A DNA stretch of 64,000 bases from Leucoraja ocellata (Eukaryota), in assembly GCA_036785375.1 (NCBI GenBank), contig JAWMAR010000008.1, positions 3,410,001-3,474,000 on the forward strand, in the 5' to 3' direction. The position numbers and the translations under genes are program-made. Below are positions 38,094 through 51,280 of this stretch, one piece after another. Below the pieces are notes generated by a model. The model had not been told where the DNA came from. It ran no database searches and worked only from the letters and a program-made list of their open reading frames with translations. Each line of letters opens with the position of its first letter. Position 1 is the stretch's first letter.

Positions 38094-38638
38094 ATTCCTG
38101 TTGTGTTTGTCTTGTCTGACTTTGTCAGCCCTGTTTATCTGCTTTGAATATTTGTGAAGATTGCTGCGATGAATAGATGGACATTTCCGGTCAAGAGACA
38201 CAATACATGTTACATTTAAAATTGTTTACCTTTTTGATTTCTATAAATCTATATTTATAGTATTTATTTTTCAGTCTAGTCTCTTATTTCGGAACGGAGA
38301 TCAAAGTATGATCCTTGTTCTTTGCTTTGGGGGAAGAGAATGAGAGGGAATTGGGGCAAAATGGTGTGTATGTAATGGTAATCCCATTTTTGACAGTCAA
38401 GGGATAGGCAAAGAAAGAAAAGAAAAACATCACACTGTTGTTGTGGGGATGCAAAGACCTTTGTTTTGCATGTTCCAGTGCTGAAGTAACTGACATTGAA
38501 ATTGCTTTTGGACAGAGGCTTCTATGATTTGTAATAATCGGGGTTAATGGATAAACTGGAAATATTTTAGTAAATATGTAATGAGTTAATAGTATTAATA
38601 TTCAAAAATTAAGGTGGATAACGTAATTCATCTTTCAG

Positions 38639-38756
38639 GCAATGATGACGACAGCATCGCTGAGAGCAGCTATAATGATGGTGGCCACCAGGGGTCCTCC
38701 TACGCAGCAGATATTTGCATTGGAACCACTGTGCCTAAACAAGGACAAAATCTATG
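38639..38756 (+). CDS. BAZ1B: BAZ1B exon 9
   Basis: NDDDSIAES...ICIGTTVPKQGQNLW; cag|GC...TG|gtacat; 118 nt, phases fit. Confidence 0.93.
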
Positions 38757-39298
38757 GTACATTCAGGTTTTACATTTATTTCGTATTATCAGAAAATTGT
38801 TGAAAATTTGGTTGTTTTAATCTTAAATTCTGTGTTTTCATTTTAAATGAAATGATCACTTTGATCATTTTGAATAAACTTTCCTCTTGTACTCTCCCAC
38901 ACGGATTTATAATTTCTCCGTTGCTGTTAAATTATATCTCATGAGCTGTGCATTGTTTACTTGCTTAATACATTTTAATTAGAAAACTTGAATTGTATTT
39001 TGGTATTCAGTTGCTGCTTTATTTTTCCATTACCTCTGCAATCCTTAAGCCAACCCTATCACCTTTCATGAGGTAGGCCTGCATGTCCCAGGCTCTTTGA
39101 CTGATTGAGGTGTTTTAAAAATCATATATATTGCAGCTTTTTGGGTGCTTTTTTGTTTGATTTTTACAATCTTGTCAACTTTCTTCTAGGGAGTATTCGT
39201 CCATTTATTTTAAAGTATTTTTGCACTATTTCTGATGTGTATATGTTTACTCTCCTCCTTTGGAAATAACAGTTGATGGGACTTTGATATATCCATAG

Positions 39299-39397
39299 GT
39301 TTGTGTGTGACACCCAGAAGGAGCTTGATGAACTTATGAACTGCCTTCATCTGCAAGGTGCCAGAGAAAGTGCACTAAAAGAACGACTTGAGAAAAA
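39299..39397 (+). CDS. BAZ1B: BAZ1B exon 10 (WHIM3/WSD)
   Basis: FVCDTQKELDELMNCLHLQGARESALKERLEK; tag|G...AA|gtaagc; 99 nt. Confidence 0.97.
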
Positions 39398-39409
39398 GTA
39401 AGCTGTAGC

Positions 39410-39565
39410 ACATGGACGTGTAGATGCTGGTTTACAAAAAAACTGTTAGAGTAACTCAGTGGGTCAGAGTCTGTGGAAGGATCCTGACCGAAATGTCGCT
39501 TTTCCATGTTCTTCAGAGATGCTTCCTGACCTGCTGAGTTACTCCAGCACATTGTCTTTTTTTGA
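39410..39565. mobile_element. Penelope-derived mini-element (diverged, partly palindromic)
   Basis: agatgctggtttacaaaa...gagtaactcagtgggtcag / gaaatgtc...gatgcttcctgacctgctgagttactccagcac. Confidence 0.65.
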
Positions 39566-39799
39566 GAAAAAATGTCCTCTTTAAAGTTCTCAGAAAACAA
39601 TTTTGTATTTTTGAAAGAAAGACTTGGTTTCAGCTTAATGATAGAATAAACCTTTGTATTTTATATATTTTACCAGTAAATTGGAAGGTTATTAATTTCC
39701 ATAAGATGATGGTAATACATTTTTTAATATGATTAGAAGCTAAGGGTCATGCAAATCTGCAAGTTAAAAATGCAGGTGCCTTTAAACAGTTATTTAATA

Positions 39800-40220
39800 T
39801 GTTATCCTATTAGAAGCTGTGAACCTTAAAGAACATGGCTGGAGTACTGAGCGAATTATTTGGTCTCTGTCTAAAGGAAGTGGTTGCCTTGGAGGAGATG
39901 TATTATTGACTTACTAGATTGATTCCTAGAACAAGGGAATTTGAGGAGAGTAAGATTGGCTTTTATAATTGATTTGGACAAAATTCCAAAAGGGATTGAT
40001 GGGGTATGTATGAAGAAGCTCTTTCTTCTGGCTGGCAAACAGTCAGTCTAGCTTCAGACAGAGAAATGTCTTTACTCAGAGTTGAAAAATGTTATAATTC
40101 TTTACAGTCAAGGTTATCACTAAGGGAATCTGAGGGAATGGGAGCCACACAAGATGGTCTAAGGTTAACTAGGAACTCTGAATGGCAGAAGAGACTTGAC
40201 TGGCTGATGGTCTTCGGTAT
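39800..40220 (+). mobile_element. Old CR1 3' relic
   Basis: ttactagattgattcctaga; agaaatgtctttactcagagttg; gacttgactggctgatggtctt. Confidence 0.45.
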
Positions 40221-40599
40221 TCCTCATCATCTGGCAGGTGAAACTATCTGAACTATAGCATTTTGGTTAGTTTAGTAACTCCATAGTATGGTAATGGTGT
40301 GTTAGCTTGGACTTTTGTGATCAACCCTCTGAAAAGGCATTTGTGACAGACCAGAAGGCAATAAGTGCAGGGCAAAAACAGTGAGGAACTATGCCTCAGT
40401 TCTGTTGCATTCTTCAAATACAACCTATTTGGTTTTATTGCTTTAATTAAAAATACATGTATATTTTGAAAGATTCACTGTGATTTCCACGCTCCTGCTG
40501 ACATCCAGACATCATATGGAGACCGTTGTTTGCTTGAAAGACATGTTATGGTCTAATGATGTAATTGACATTGCAATTTTTAATTATTTTAATTTATAG

Positions 40600-40777
40600 A
40601 TATCAAGATATTCTTCATTCACTTCACTTTGCACGGAAACCTAACTTAGGCCTAAAGTCTTGTGATGGCCATCAGGAGCTCCTCAACTATCTCCGAACAG
40701 ACCTGATTGAGGTGGCAACCCGATTGCAAAAGGGAGGGCTGGGGTACATGGACAAATGTGATGAATTTGAGGAGGGG
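40600..40777 (+). CDS. BAZ1B: BAZ1B exon 11
   Basis: YQDILHSLHFARKPNLGLKSCDGHQELLNYLRTDLIEVATRLQKGGLGYMDKCDEFEEG; 178 nt; gtgagt donor. Confidence 0.97.
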
Positions 40778-42255
40778 GTGAGTAACCACATAGACATACG
40801 TGTACTCTCCTAGTGTTTGTAGCACCAGCAGCTATTGTATATGGATGTTAGCACACTGTTAAAAATCAATAATTCAACGTCATTTGAAATGTTTCCCAGC
40901 AAATTATGACGAATAAAATTGCTGGATCTTTTTCCAGTTTAATGTTGAAACAAATGTTTTCTTTGCACTACCAAAAAGAAAGAATAAAACTGACTAGTCT
41001 CAAGCCATGAATATTCAGGTTTTGAAAACCACAAATGTGTATTTTCATGCCTTGTTAAAAATATTTAATCAGATTTTAAAGTAACTTATTTTTTATTTTT
41101 AAATTCAGGTGAATAAGCCCATCAACCTTGTCAAAGTTATTTTTCTTCTCCAAGAATTGTATCTGGAAGAAGTTTCAGCTATTATTCAGGAAGATTGTTG
41201 GAATCAAATGCAGAACATTGAATTACTATTAAGACAAATAAATCCTACAAAAAAAGAATGGCTAGCAAAATTTAATTAACCCTGGAACAGATGACAGTTA
41301 ATCAATTGACTGGGGAAGGATATTAGCTTCAAAGACAGACAGGGGAATCAATGTAAAGCCAGAAGAGTGGCCAAACTATCAATGGGGTATTTTATCGTAC
41401 TGAGGATAAGAATGGGATTAACAGAAAACTTAGAAATTCTCAGCAGGTGAGGCAGCTTCTTTAAAGACCGAAACAAGTTAATGTTTCTTGTTAAAGGCAT
41501 TTGGTAAGTCATAGTCCTGAACCATTAACTCTCTTTTTCTCTTTGCAGATGCTGCCTGACTTGAGAAGTTCAGTAGTTTGAATTTTTATTTTCCGTTTCC
41601 AGCATTTGGATTATTTTGCGTTTGTTGGATAAAATGGAGCTTGGATCAAATAACCCCATATTGGAATACTCTGTAGTACCTGTTATAGGGCTTCCCATGA
41701 AAATGGTCAAAGGAGGTATAGGCAATGGTTAGTCAACTGCCTGTACCTCTTATGATCATTTTCATAAAAAGTTACCTTTGAATTATGCTTTTTGGGTGGG
41801 TAGGGAAGGGTGAAGGTGAAGAAAGAAAATTATTGTCTTTATAACGCTTCTGATGTAATAGTAAGGAAGAGCACAGTTAATGCTTATATTTATATCCCCA
41901 TTGTTTCAAAGAACAGTGCCATGTGGATCTATTTCTGAAGCCAGGCAATTGGTAATATTCCTTTGTGGTGGCATCATTTCAGGACCAATTTATTAATCAG
42001 AACATTTTCTGAATTTATTAATCAGAACCAGAAAAAAATCTTTATGCCAAGCTATATGGGCAATAATTTCAAATTTGGCTTTGTTGATCTTTTTATACCT
42101 CTGGAGAACTACATCACATAATGTTTGTTATCGTGCATTTGAATGATGAGCATTTGAAGTTTGTGCCATTTAAGCAATACTGCTGTTAAGCTAAATTGAG
42201 GAGGCAAAAATAATTGCATGTTCCGATTGGTTGCTAATCTTGTATGATTTGCTAG

Positions 42256-42432
42256 GTGCGCTCGATGGACGATCTGAAGGATTTGGGCGAGTGCGTGATC
42301 ACACTTCAGGAGTGTGTAATAAAGAAATTTCTGCAAGGATTTATGGCCCCCAAGCAGAAGAAGAAGAAGGCAGGCGAGGAAGCAAAAGTGGAAGAAGTAG
42401 ATGAAGAAAAGAAGATGGCTGAAGAAGCAAAG
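42256..42432 (+). CDS. BAZ1B: BAZ1B exon 12
   Basis: VRSMDDLKDLGECVITLQECVIKKFLQGFMAPKQKKKK...EEKKMAEEAK; 177 nt; gtaagt donor. Confidence 0.97.
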
Positions 42433-42440
42433 GTAAGTTA

Positions 42441-43001
42441 TGTAGTTCAATGGTCCTTTATTGTCACATGTACAATTTAAGGTACAGTGAAATTTGATTT
42501 ACCATAGTCGTACCAGAAAAAAGCAACAAGACCCACAACTACATAAAAGTTAACATCCAACACAGCGGCTCTCCCACACTCCTCACTGTGATGCAAGACG
42601 ATAAACTCTTATCTTCTTTTCTCCTGCGGACGGGGCAGTCAAACCATCCGCAGTCAGGGCGATCGAATCTCCCGCAGCCGGGGTGGTCGAAGCTCCTGCG
42701 GCTTGGAGCTCCCGGTCGGTCCCTAAACAAAGGACCACGAGCTCCGAGGTCGATCCCCAGCAAGAAGCTACCAGCTCCTCGATGTTAGGCCACAGCGCGG
42801 ACGGAGATACGATACGGAAAACAATTGCATCTCTGTCGAGGAAAGAGATTAAAAAAAAGTTTCCCCCAGCCCTACCCCCCCACATAAGACAAAACTAAAG
42901 ATACATCAAACATACATTTAATAACATATTAAAAAGAACAGAGAAAGAAAAGGACGAGACAGACTGATGGCGAGGCTGCCATTGTACGGCGCCGCCCGGT
43001 G
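42441..43001 (-). mobile_element. GC-rich non-autonomous retroelement with Rex1-like tail (copy 2)
   Basis: Colinear with both ends of 23176-23992 (tttattgtcacatgtac...ggtacagtgaaatttgatt; cgatgttaggcc...gaaagagattaaaa; ggcgaggctgcc). Confidence 0.8.
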
Positions 43002-43694
43002 CAAGCTACACTCTTGGTTAAGAAACGGTGGTTGATAGTGTATCAGTCACGCATACTGCTTTGTCGCGGTGGGGTTGAACTTTCTGAGAGTTGTTAAAGT
43101 TGTATTTATAGAGGCAAGTGGAGAGTATTTGATCACGCTCCTGACTTCTGCCTATGTAAATGGTAGAAAGGCCCTGGGACTGGTAGTTATACCATTCATC
43201 GTAGTATGTCTGGCCTTTCACCTGTTCTTATAGCAGAATATTAATTTAGCTGGTCCAGTTGCGTGTTTGTAATATAGTAAGCCAGTCCCAATCTTGAAAT
43301 GGCAGAGTGAGAGGTGTGTTTAACGGAGTATTCTCATTAAACTTCTTGTATTTCTCATTTAAATTGCACCAAGAACAATATGCTTGATCTATCTTATTAT
43401 CTCACATTGTTTCCACTACCACTATTTCATCTTAATTTCAAAATGCTTTCACCACTTCAAGATTAGCCATTGGTGTGTTGTTCAAATAAACAGTTGAAAA
43501 TATCATATTCTCCACTAAATCACCAAAATTCCAATGAGGCAGAGAGCAGATGAATAGCACAAATAATCTTGACAATTCTGCACACCTATGTTTATTGCAG
43601 TGGCACTGCAGCATGCTGAAATGGCCAGCAGGGGTCAATATTAGTTTAACAAAGATAGCATATCATGTCAGTCTCTCCTCTCAGGCAGTCCTTT

Positions 43695-44130
43695 AGAAAA
43701 ATAGGTGTAGGAGTAGGCCATCCGGCCCTTCGAGCCAGCACCTCCATTCAATAAGATCATGGCTGATCATCGAAAATCAGTACCCCGTTCCTGCTTTCCC
43801 CCCCACATCCCTTGATTCCTTTAGCCCCAAGAACTAAATCTAACTATCGCTTGAAAACATCCAGTAAATTAGCCTCCATTGCCTTCTGTGGCAGATAATT
43901 CTACAGATTCATAACTGGGTGAAAAAATGTTTCCTCATCTCAGTCCTAAATGGCCTACCCCTTATTCTTAAACTGTGAGCCCTGGTTCTGGACTCCCCCA
44001 ACATTGGGGCCATTTTTCCTGCATTAGGGCTGTCCAATATAAAGAATTTTATATGTTTCTATAAGATCTCCTCTCATCTTCCTAAGTTCCAGAGAATACA
44101 AGTCCAGTTGACCCATTCTTTCATCATATT
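43695..44130 (-). mobile_element. CR1 3' end
   Basis: aaaataggtgtaggagtaggcc...cccttattcttaaactgtg...tataagatctcctctcatc. Confidence 0.85.
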
Positions 44131-45399
44131 GATGATCCCATTCTTTAGGATCAAGTATGACTTGTTTCTACTCTAACCTCAGAATCCACAAAACCAACAT
44201 GGGAGTCGCAGGCTCTTCCAAAGATGGTCCTGATGTACTGAGGGGGAAGTGATGTAGGGTGGGTGAGTGGTTATGCAGGACCTCGTATTGCACTCCATAT
44301 GTGGACTGTAGAGTGATCTCAAGATCATCCTAAAGGATATATTTCAATTTTCAGCAGTCATAGGCCAGGTATCACCAAGATTTTTTTTTTTTTATAGTCT
44401 TTTGCACATCCTTGAATCTCTGTTTCCCTGACACAGCTTGGTGCCTTTTCTGGGAGTTTAGTGTCAGGTATACACAAGACATTGGCTGCTGTTTGTAACC
44501 AACTTATAGGGTATCAGTGCTCCGGGCAATACCCTTCTATTAAATTTGGAGGATTTGGCAAAAAGTATGTTGGTGGTATTTATCCAGTGCCTTGAAGTGC
44601 CTGGTATAACAAAATCAAGCCCCAGGAACTACCGCTTTTCATTGAAGTGCATCAGGAAGTTTCTTCCTAAATATCATTGCTAGACAGGGCTACCTTCTCC
44701 AATATAAAAGTCTAATACAAGAAAATGTACTTGTGGCAAGAGTATTGTAAACAGAGAGTAATCGGTGGCTAATATTACATCGCTAGTTTTCAATATATCT
44801 CCCACAAATATATAGTGCAAGTTACACCATTCACTGACCTGCTAATGCTGCTGCCTTGTGCATTGCATTCACACTACATGAGTGGGCTAAGCAGGTGAAT
44901 CTTGAGTCAGTCAAGAGTGCAAAGCACCATCTCCATTTTAAGGAGTCATGAATAATTGACAGGCAATTGCAAATTGCTTCGCAATGTATTTGAGTAAGTT
45001 ACAGATTGGCCTTTTCAGCTGGAAAGAATCGTTGAATTTGAGTTTATGGAGGACACTCCGACCTATTTCTCTGGTGACAATTTAATCAGCAGTTCAGTAC
45101 AACAGGGAGAATGAGAAGGAGGCGTGTAGAGCGGTCAACCTGCCAAATGAGAACGAGGCACTATTCAGGAAGAGTATTAGGTGAAACATGAGAAAGTAGT
45201 CATGCCACTTTTGTTTTGTGCCAGTATGTAGTCTTTAAGCCATCAAGCCAAACCCAGTTTTGTGACGGGAAGACAGCTAATCTTTGTGCAAGTATCCCCT
45301 AAACTCAAGCATGAGCAAATGAGACCACAGCAAGTCATGTTGTGTTCTGCAATACCATTAAGCAAATTATTGGCGTATTAACACTTCTTCAGCTGTCTT

Positions 45400-45810
45400 G
45401 ATTATTCAGATGGTAGAGGCATTTTTGGAATTGGGTGCCTGCGGCTAAAGGTGTTCCACAGGGATTGGTGCAGGGATCTTTTCTGTTTCTATTACATGTG
45501 AATAAAGTGGATGTTGGAGGCATGATCAGCAAATTTGCGGATGACATAAAGATTAGCGGCAGTGTGGATGGTAAACTTAGGTTGCTGTGATGTTGGTGAA
45601 ATGGGCTGAAAAATGGCAGGTAGAGTTTAATCCTGATAAATGTAAACTGATACATTTTGGGAGTACTAATGAGGGAAGGACATACACTATATATGGTAAG
45701 ATCCTAGAGAGTATTGAGGACGGGGAACTTGGCCTGCAAGACCAAAGATCCTCGAAGGTGATACTGTGCGGGAGGTAATGTGGTTAAGAAGGTATACAGA
45801 TGCTGGTCTT
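45400..45810 (+). mobile_element. Old CR1 RT fragment, interrupted by L2 (resumes ~46440-46472)
   Basis: ggtgttccacaggga; agcaaatttgcggatgac (SKFADD); WAEKWQVEFNPDKC. Confidence 0.75.
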
Positions 45811-46437
45811 AATCTCCTCCCGACTGGACTATTGCAACTCACTTCGCCTTGGCATCAGCTCCACCTACATCAACCAACTCCAACTGGTCCAGAACGCAGC
45901 CGCCCGACTCATCACCCACACCAAATCCTGGCATCACATCACTCCAGTCCTCAAAAAACTTCACTGGCTTCCCATCTACCGGATCACCTACAAAATCATG
46001 ATCCTCACCTACAAAGCCCTCCACCATCTGCCCCCCCCATATCTCACTGACCTCTCCCCCTACCAACCCTCACGGTCCCTCAGATCCACATCAGCCGGTC
46101 TCCTCTCCATCCACAAGTCCAACCTCCGCAGTTTAGGGGACAGAGCCTCCCCCAACTGATCCGCAATTCCGTGTCCCTCACCATCTTCCAGTCCCGCCTC
46201 AAGACCCATCTCTTCACCTCTGCCTATCCTTAGCCCCACGTCCCCCTCCCTTTTCATCTGTGCATTAATTGCCTTATTATTGTGTTTTGTATTGAATTCT
46301 GTCTTTACTTTGTGTACTAGTCATGTCTCTACTATTTATTTCATTCCCCTTGCATGTTTTCCTCTACCTGCAAATTTTTTGTAAGGTGTCCTTGAGACTC
46401 TTGAAAGGCGCCCATAAATAAAATTTATTATTATTAT
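45811..46437 (+). mobile_element. L2-clade LINE 3' end
   Basis: ISSRLDYCNSL...LQLVQNAAARLIT...HITPVLKKLHWLPI (diagnostic of L2); tail cccataaataaaat(tta)n. Confidence 0.92.
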
Positions 46438-46649
46438 AATTTGTTAGTTGGGGTATTGAATACAAGAGCAGAAAGGGGGGGGGGGGGGGGGGGGGGAGGG
46501 AATAGAAGGCTGTCAAATGGGATGTAAAACTGGTTGTCTTAGATCAGGCACTTTCAACAATTTCCATTTGGCTCTTGAAGTTCCATCCATGGATTAAAAT
46601 AGCTTGTTATCTCTTTATTGCATGCTTTTTCTCATTTCAACTTTGATCT

Positions 46650-46900
46650 TTTGCCCAACCATTTGGCTATCAAAGCTGTCCCCCCCCCCCCCCCCCACCT
46701 GCATCCACCTATCACTTGCCAGGCTTTGTCCTGCCCCCACATCTCTTCCAGCTTTCATCCCCAATTACAATCAGTTAGAAGAAGAGGCTTGACAAAATAT
46801 TACCCGTCCATGCTCTCCAGTAATGCTTCCTGACTCGCTGAGTCACTCCAGCACTTTATGTCTTTTTTTTAAACTAGCATTTGTAGTTCCTTGTGTCCAC
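46650..46900 (+). mobile_element. Penelope pLTR-derived fragment (diverged)
   Basis: ccacctatcacttgccaggc...gcttcctgactcgctgagtcactccagcac...actagcatttgtagttccttg. Confidence 0.6.
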
Positions 46901-49060
46901 TTGTTAAAGTGACTATTCGCAATGAGTGAACCTGATCACTGAAAGTGGCCTGGTTGCAAAATAATTCCCATTAGACGTGATCCTTGTCGTATTCCTGGAG
47001 TCGCCTAAATAATTTACGCAATCTTATTTTCATCCTACACCTTCTCAAAGCCAGGGATGTTAAAGTGATTTGCAATTACCAACTGTTATCGTTATGAGAT
47101 CAGGTAATACAAAAGAGACTCAAATTGTCCCTGGGAACTTGCAGTCCGGTGTACTTCAGTGGCTATCATTTGAATCCTTTGATGTTACCAACCTACAATC
47201 AAACTCCAGTATGTTTTGGTTTAATGTATACCAGGCATTTTTCTGGATAATTATTTTATTTATGGGTAAAACTAGGTGATTAATCCACTTGTGTCCAGGT
47301 CATTGCACTTCAAAAAGCAAATAAAACCTGAACGTAAAATTGATACTGTTTGGCATTACAAAGCTGTAATCTAATTCTAGAATTCTTTAAATCAGACAAA
47401 TTTCAATACCTTCTGGACCCTTCAATTATTTCTCAGCCTTGTAATCACTTCCATGTCTGTAATTTTTTTTTCATGCAATCAAAGCAAAATGTATTACCTT
47501 TACACCTAGCTGAGGTAGTGTGTGGGTGCAGTGTTGAGTAGAGTGGGTGCAGCTGTTCAGCTGCTGTTGAATGACAAAATGCCTGTTGAATGGCAGTTCG
47601 GTGTGACTGCTCACTGTAATATGAGAAAAATAGACTCTTAAAATGAGTTGTTGCTTTGTTCAAAATTGGCAATAACAATTTTAAAGTTTGCAAAGGATTA
47701 CTGTGAGCCAGAGAGTGAAGATATTCCTCAGTACTTAACTTAAATTAGATTGCCACTGATTCTTTTGTCTGTTCAGGTTTTGCTTTTATGGTTAATGAGC
47801 ATAGAAAACATTTGGTTCCTTAGTAACCACATGCACTGAAGTGTGCTCATTTCTGTCTGTATTTGTTAAAACCAAGAGTCTTTGCTTCCGCTCTAATTCA
47901 TGTTTTCATAGGCTGTCAAAACTTTAAAACGTCTGTCTTATTTGAAGAACGATAAAAAGATTTTTAAGTCATCTTCAACATCTCTTAATTAACTGATGTT
48001 TATTACTTTACCCTTTGTTCTTTTTAATCAAACTATTGTGTCTATTCATCTTAGATTGTCAGTCAAGGAAAATGATCCTTAATGTTAGTTATCGTGTAAT
48101 GTTATCAACTAGCATATTGAATTATATATTTCAGTTTGTAAACTGTAATTAACTGAACATTACAGAGCAGATGGGAGATTCAATTCTGCTAACTGACCAT
48201 TTGGCCTAGAAGAAGAGGTACTAAAATTGAACAGTAATTGTTTAGAATATCAGACTCCTTTGAAATAAGAACAATCCAAACAAGATTAACTGGATTCCAG
48301 TTGACTATTGGCTAATTGAGTTTTGTAGAAATGGCTAAGAAGTGAGACATGCTGCTTTGTAAGAGTTGTGTGTTGGCTCTTTTCCAATTCTTTGTTTGCT
48401 TCAAGTTAAAGGTGGAAATAATTCCCAGAAGGGATAAGTTTCTACATTGATTATGTCTTCTCTATAGTTTGTAATAAAGTATATTTTTCAGGCCCAGCAC
48501 ATTATAAGCATTACAGACGCTTGAACTGTGATTTAGCAACCATTCTGTACAAAATAATTACCTTTTGTTGTGCCTAAATGCTTCATTTTCTTTCAAAGTG
48601 AACAAAATTAATGATAAGATGATGGCAGGTGTAAACCAATTATGCTGCTTATTTTCACTTTGGGTGAACATACATAGTAACAGTTAGTACGGGATGCATT
48701 TTGTCAGAGCATCCAATCTTTGTATAATGCAAAATAATGAGTGTGAAATATTTCTTTACATTTTAACAAAAGCTTGTCTTTCAATAATTTTTGTAAATGT
48801 ATGTTCTTGAGTGAAAGGCAAGTCAGGTGGGCGTTAGGAAGCTTGGATGATGAGAGAAAGGCTGTGGTCAAGAATAAGAAGGAGGCATAGGGCAGGTATT
48901 TGCAGCTGGGATCAAGTGGGAGGATTTTCGGGAAACGAGGGACACGCTAAAAAAGAGGACAGGAGATTGCTTTGACTAATAATAAGGATAATCCCAAAAA
49001 ATGTTAAGTACATTAAGGAAAAAAGGGTAACCAAATTGTAATTAATTAATTTACCTACAG

Positions 49061-49208
49061 GTTGCTTCTGCACTGGAGCTATGGAAAAGTGCTATCAGAG
49101 AGGCTCAGACCTTCTCCCGCATGCATGTGTTACTGGGAATGCTGGATGCCTGTATTAAATGGGACATGTCAACTGAAAATGCCAGATGTAAAGTGTGCCG
49201 CAAGAAGG
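49061..49208 (+). CDS. BAZ1B: BAZ1B exon 13 (start of PHD)
   Basis: VASALELWKSAIREAQTFSRMHVLLGMLDACIKWDMSTENARCKVCRKK; 148 nt. Confidence 0.98.
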
Positions 49209-49342
49209 GTAAGCACCACAGTCATCAGCTGTCTGATTGTGGGGAAATCTTCAAGTTGTGAATAGTTGTACAAAACAAGTTCGTATTTGAAGAAGGAAAC
49301 TTAACTTCATGATGCAGTTTAAGACGACCTGCAATTTCTAGT

Positions 49343-50085
49343 ATTTAGATAGCCTTTATTGTCATTCAGACCGAAGTCTGAACGAAATTGCAGCAGTCAT
49401 ACATATAATACAATAAAAACAACAATAAACACATATTAACATCCACCACAGTGAGTCCACCCAGCATCTCCTCACTGTGATGGAGGCAAAATTCTTAGGT
49501 CTGCAGTCTCTTCCCTCCTCTTCTCCCTCTGCGCTGAGGCGATACCCCCCGGGCGATGTTATAAATCAGTCCCGCGGCTCAAACACCGCGGCCCGGGGTG
49601 GTTGAAGCTGCCGCCCACCAGTCCTGCAGACGCAGCCGCTGACCCGCGGCCGAACCCCGGACTCAGGCCACCACCAGATGCCAAAGTTACCCTTGTGATC
49701 CTGGATGCTCTGAGAAATATCTTTCTTTATATATCACAGTTGATTTGTACACCGTCCCAGCCACCCTCACGTGAGTACCGCACCGTCTTCAGCCTCGGGC
49801 TGGGCCGCCCGACATGGGCGCCGAACCTCCGCCGGACTGGGCCGCCCCGACATGGGCGTCGCTTCTTCCCTGGGCCGGGCTGCCCCGACATGGGCGCCGA
49901 ACCTCCCTCAGGCTGCGAGCGCCGCACCTCCCCGAGCTCAGCCGCTCCGACGGGAGCCTCGTTCCACCCTCGGGCTGGCCGCCCTCACGGGAGCGTCCCG
50001 ACCTCTTCCAGCCCTGAGCCGGACCGCCCTCACGGGAGCGAGCTCAGGGCGAGTCCTGACGGGCTCTGCCTCCAGAGCCTCGAGT
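49343..50085 (-). mobile_element. GC-rich non-autonomous retroelement with Rex1-like tail (related subfamily, internal tandem repeats)
   Basis: cctttattgtcatt...gaaattgc tail and catccaccacag...ctcctcactgtgatgg block as in copies 1 and 2. Repeats ctgggccgccc(c)gacatgggcg x3 and gccctcacgggagcg x2. Confidence 0.65.
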
Positions 50086-50694
50086 AATTTTGACTATTAC
50101 TCGTTCTTCTTGGTGTTGATGCTGATATATAGTTTACCATCTGATTTTTATGTGCATGCTGCTCAAAACCCCACTGTTCGTGCACAGTTCAGGACTGCTA
50201 TTACATTGACTCTACCCATCCCTTCCTACAAAATGTGCTTCAGTATTAAATTCTGCTGCTGCTTGTTTGATTATTTTGTTGGACTATATATATGTCCTAA
50301 TGCACACGATTTACATTATTCTTGCATGTCTGCCAGTTCTTCACTTTTGGTATCTATGGAATTTGACTCCTGAGAAATGGCATTACGGTTCATCATTTTC
50401 AATTCAGCGTATCTTGCTGCTGGTTGTACCCTAGCTGGCCCTAGCTCCTACTCCATGAGCCTTAATTTTGATAAATAGACATTTATTGCCACTTTGACAA
50501 ATACTTCCTTAAACAAACTTCTGATGTCTGAATTTTATCTAATTTACTCTGTCCTGGATGTACCTATTTGGTTATTCCCTACCCTTACCTGGTATCAGTA
50601 TCCCAACCCATAACCACACACATATCTTGTCCAATCTATAACAAACATTTACTGCTCACTGTTCCACCACCCCCACTCAACCCATCCCATACAT

Positions 50695-51280
50695 CAGGGG
50701 TCGGCAACCTTGTTCTGCATAGGGGCCAGGAGGCATGTCTGTGAGCGGATGGTGAGCCACATCTATCACCTGTACACATGATCCCACCTTCATCCCACGC
50801 AGGGTGGCAGGCAACAAATCACGTAGATCCTGCCCCTTCGAGGACACCACCCAGAGCACTGGTGCTTAGTTATGGGTGCTCACGAACATGGCACAACCAA
50901 TTGCTTTGGCTCTGTCCTGAAGGTGGTGGTTCATATACTCACACTCACTTGTCCCTGGCGTATTGACAACCACGATCCCGACAGTGAAGCCCAGACACAG
51001 AAGGTGCGCGGCCGAGCCGGCGGCTTTGCGCAGGATGCGGTACAGCCAGTACTCGGCGCTGCTCGGTAGCGTTTGCCGGCTCCGCCATGGCGGCCGCCAG
51101 CGCAAGTCTCCTTGCGTCACTGCGCCTGAGCGCCGCGGCCTCGGGCCCGGGAGGGGGGGGTACCGGAGATGATGGAAGTCTTCAGGCCGGATAATTACTG
51201 GGAAAAAAATACCCCTGCGGGCCGAATGATTTCTGGTTACGGGCTGCATTCAACCGGGGGCCGTAAGTTGCCGACCCCTG
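50695..51280. mobile_element. hAT MITE, 586 bp
   Basis: TIRs CAGGGGTCGGCAAC / GTTGCCGACCCCTG; perfect 8-bp TSD ccatacat (50687-50694, 51281-51288). Confidence 0.93.

Noticed and set aside
46475-46697. Poly-G and poly-C runs (also 21743-21762) as functional G4 or pairing elements
   Set aside because: Homopolymers adjoining TE relics; lengths are unreliable and there is no other support.
49602-50373. 161-aa and 200-aa Pro/Arg/Ala-rich ORFs (similar ones at 23310-23700, 50866-51249, 60458-60940)
   Set aside because: They lie in GC-rich non-autonomous repeats and have low-complexity translations.
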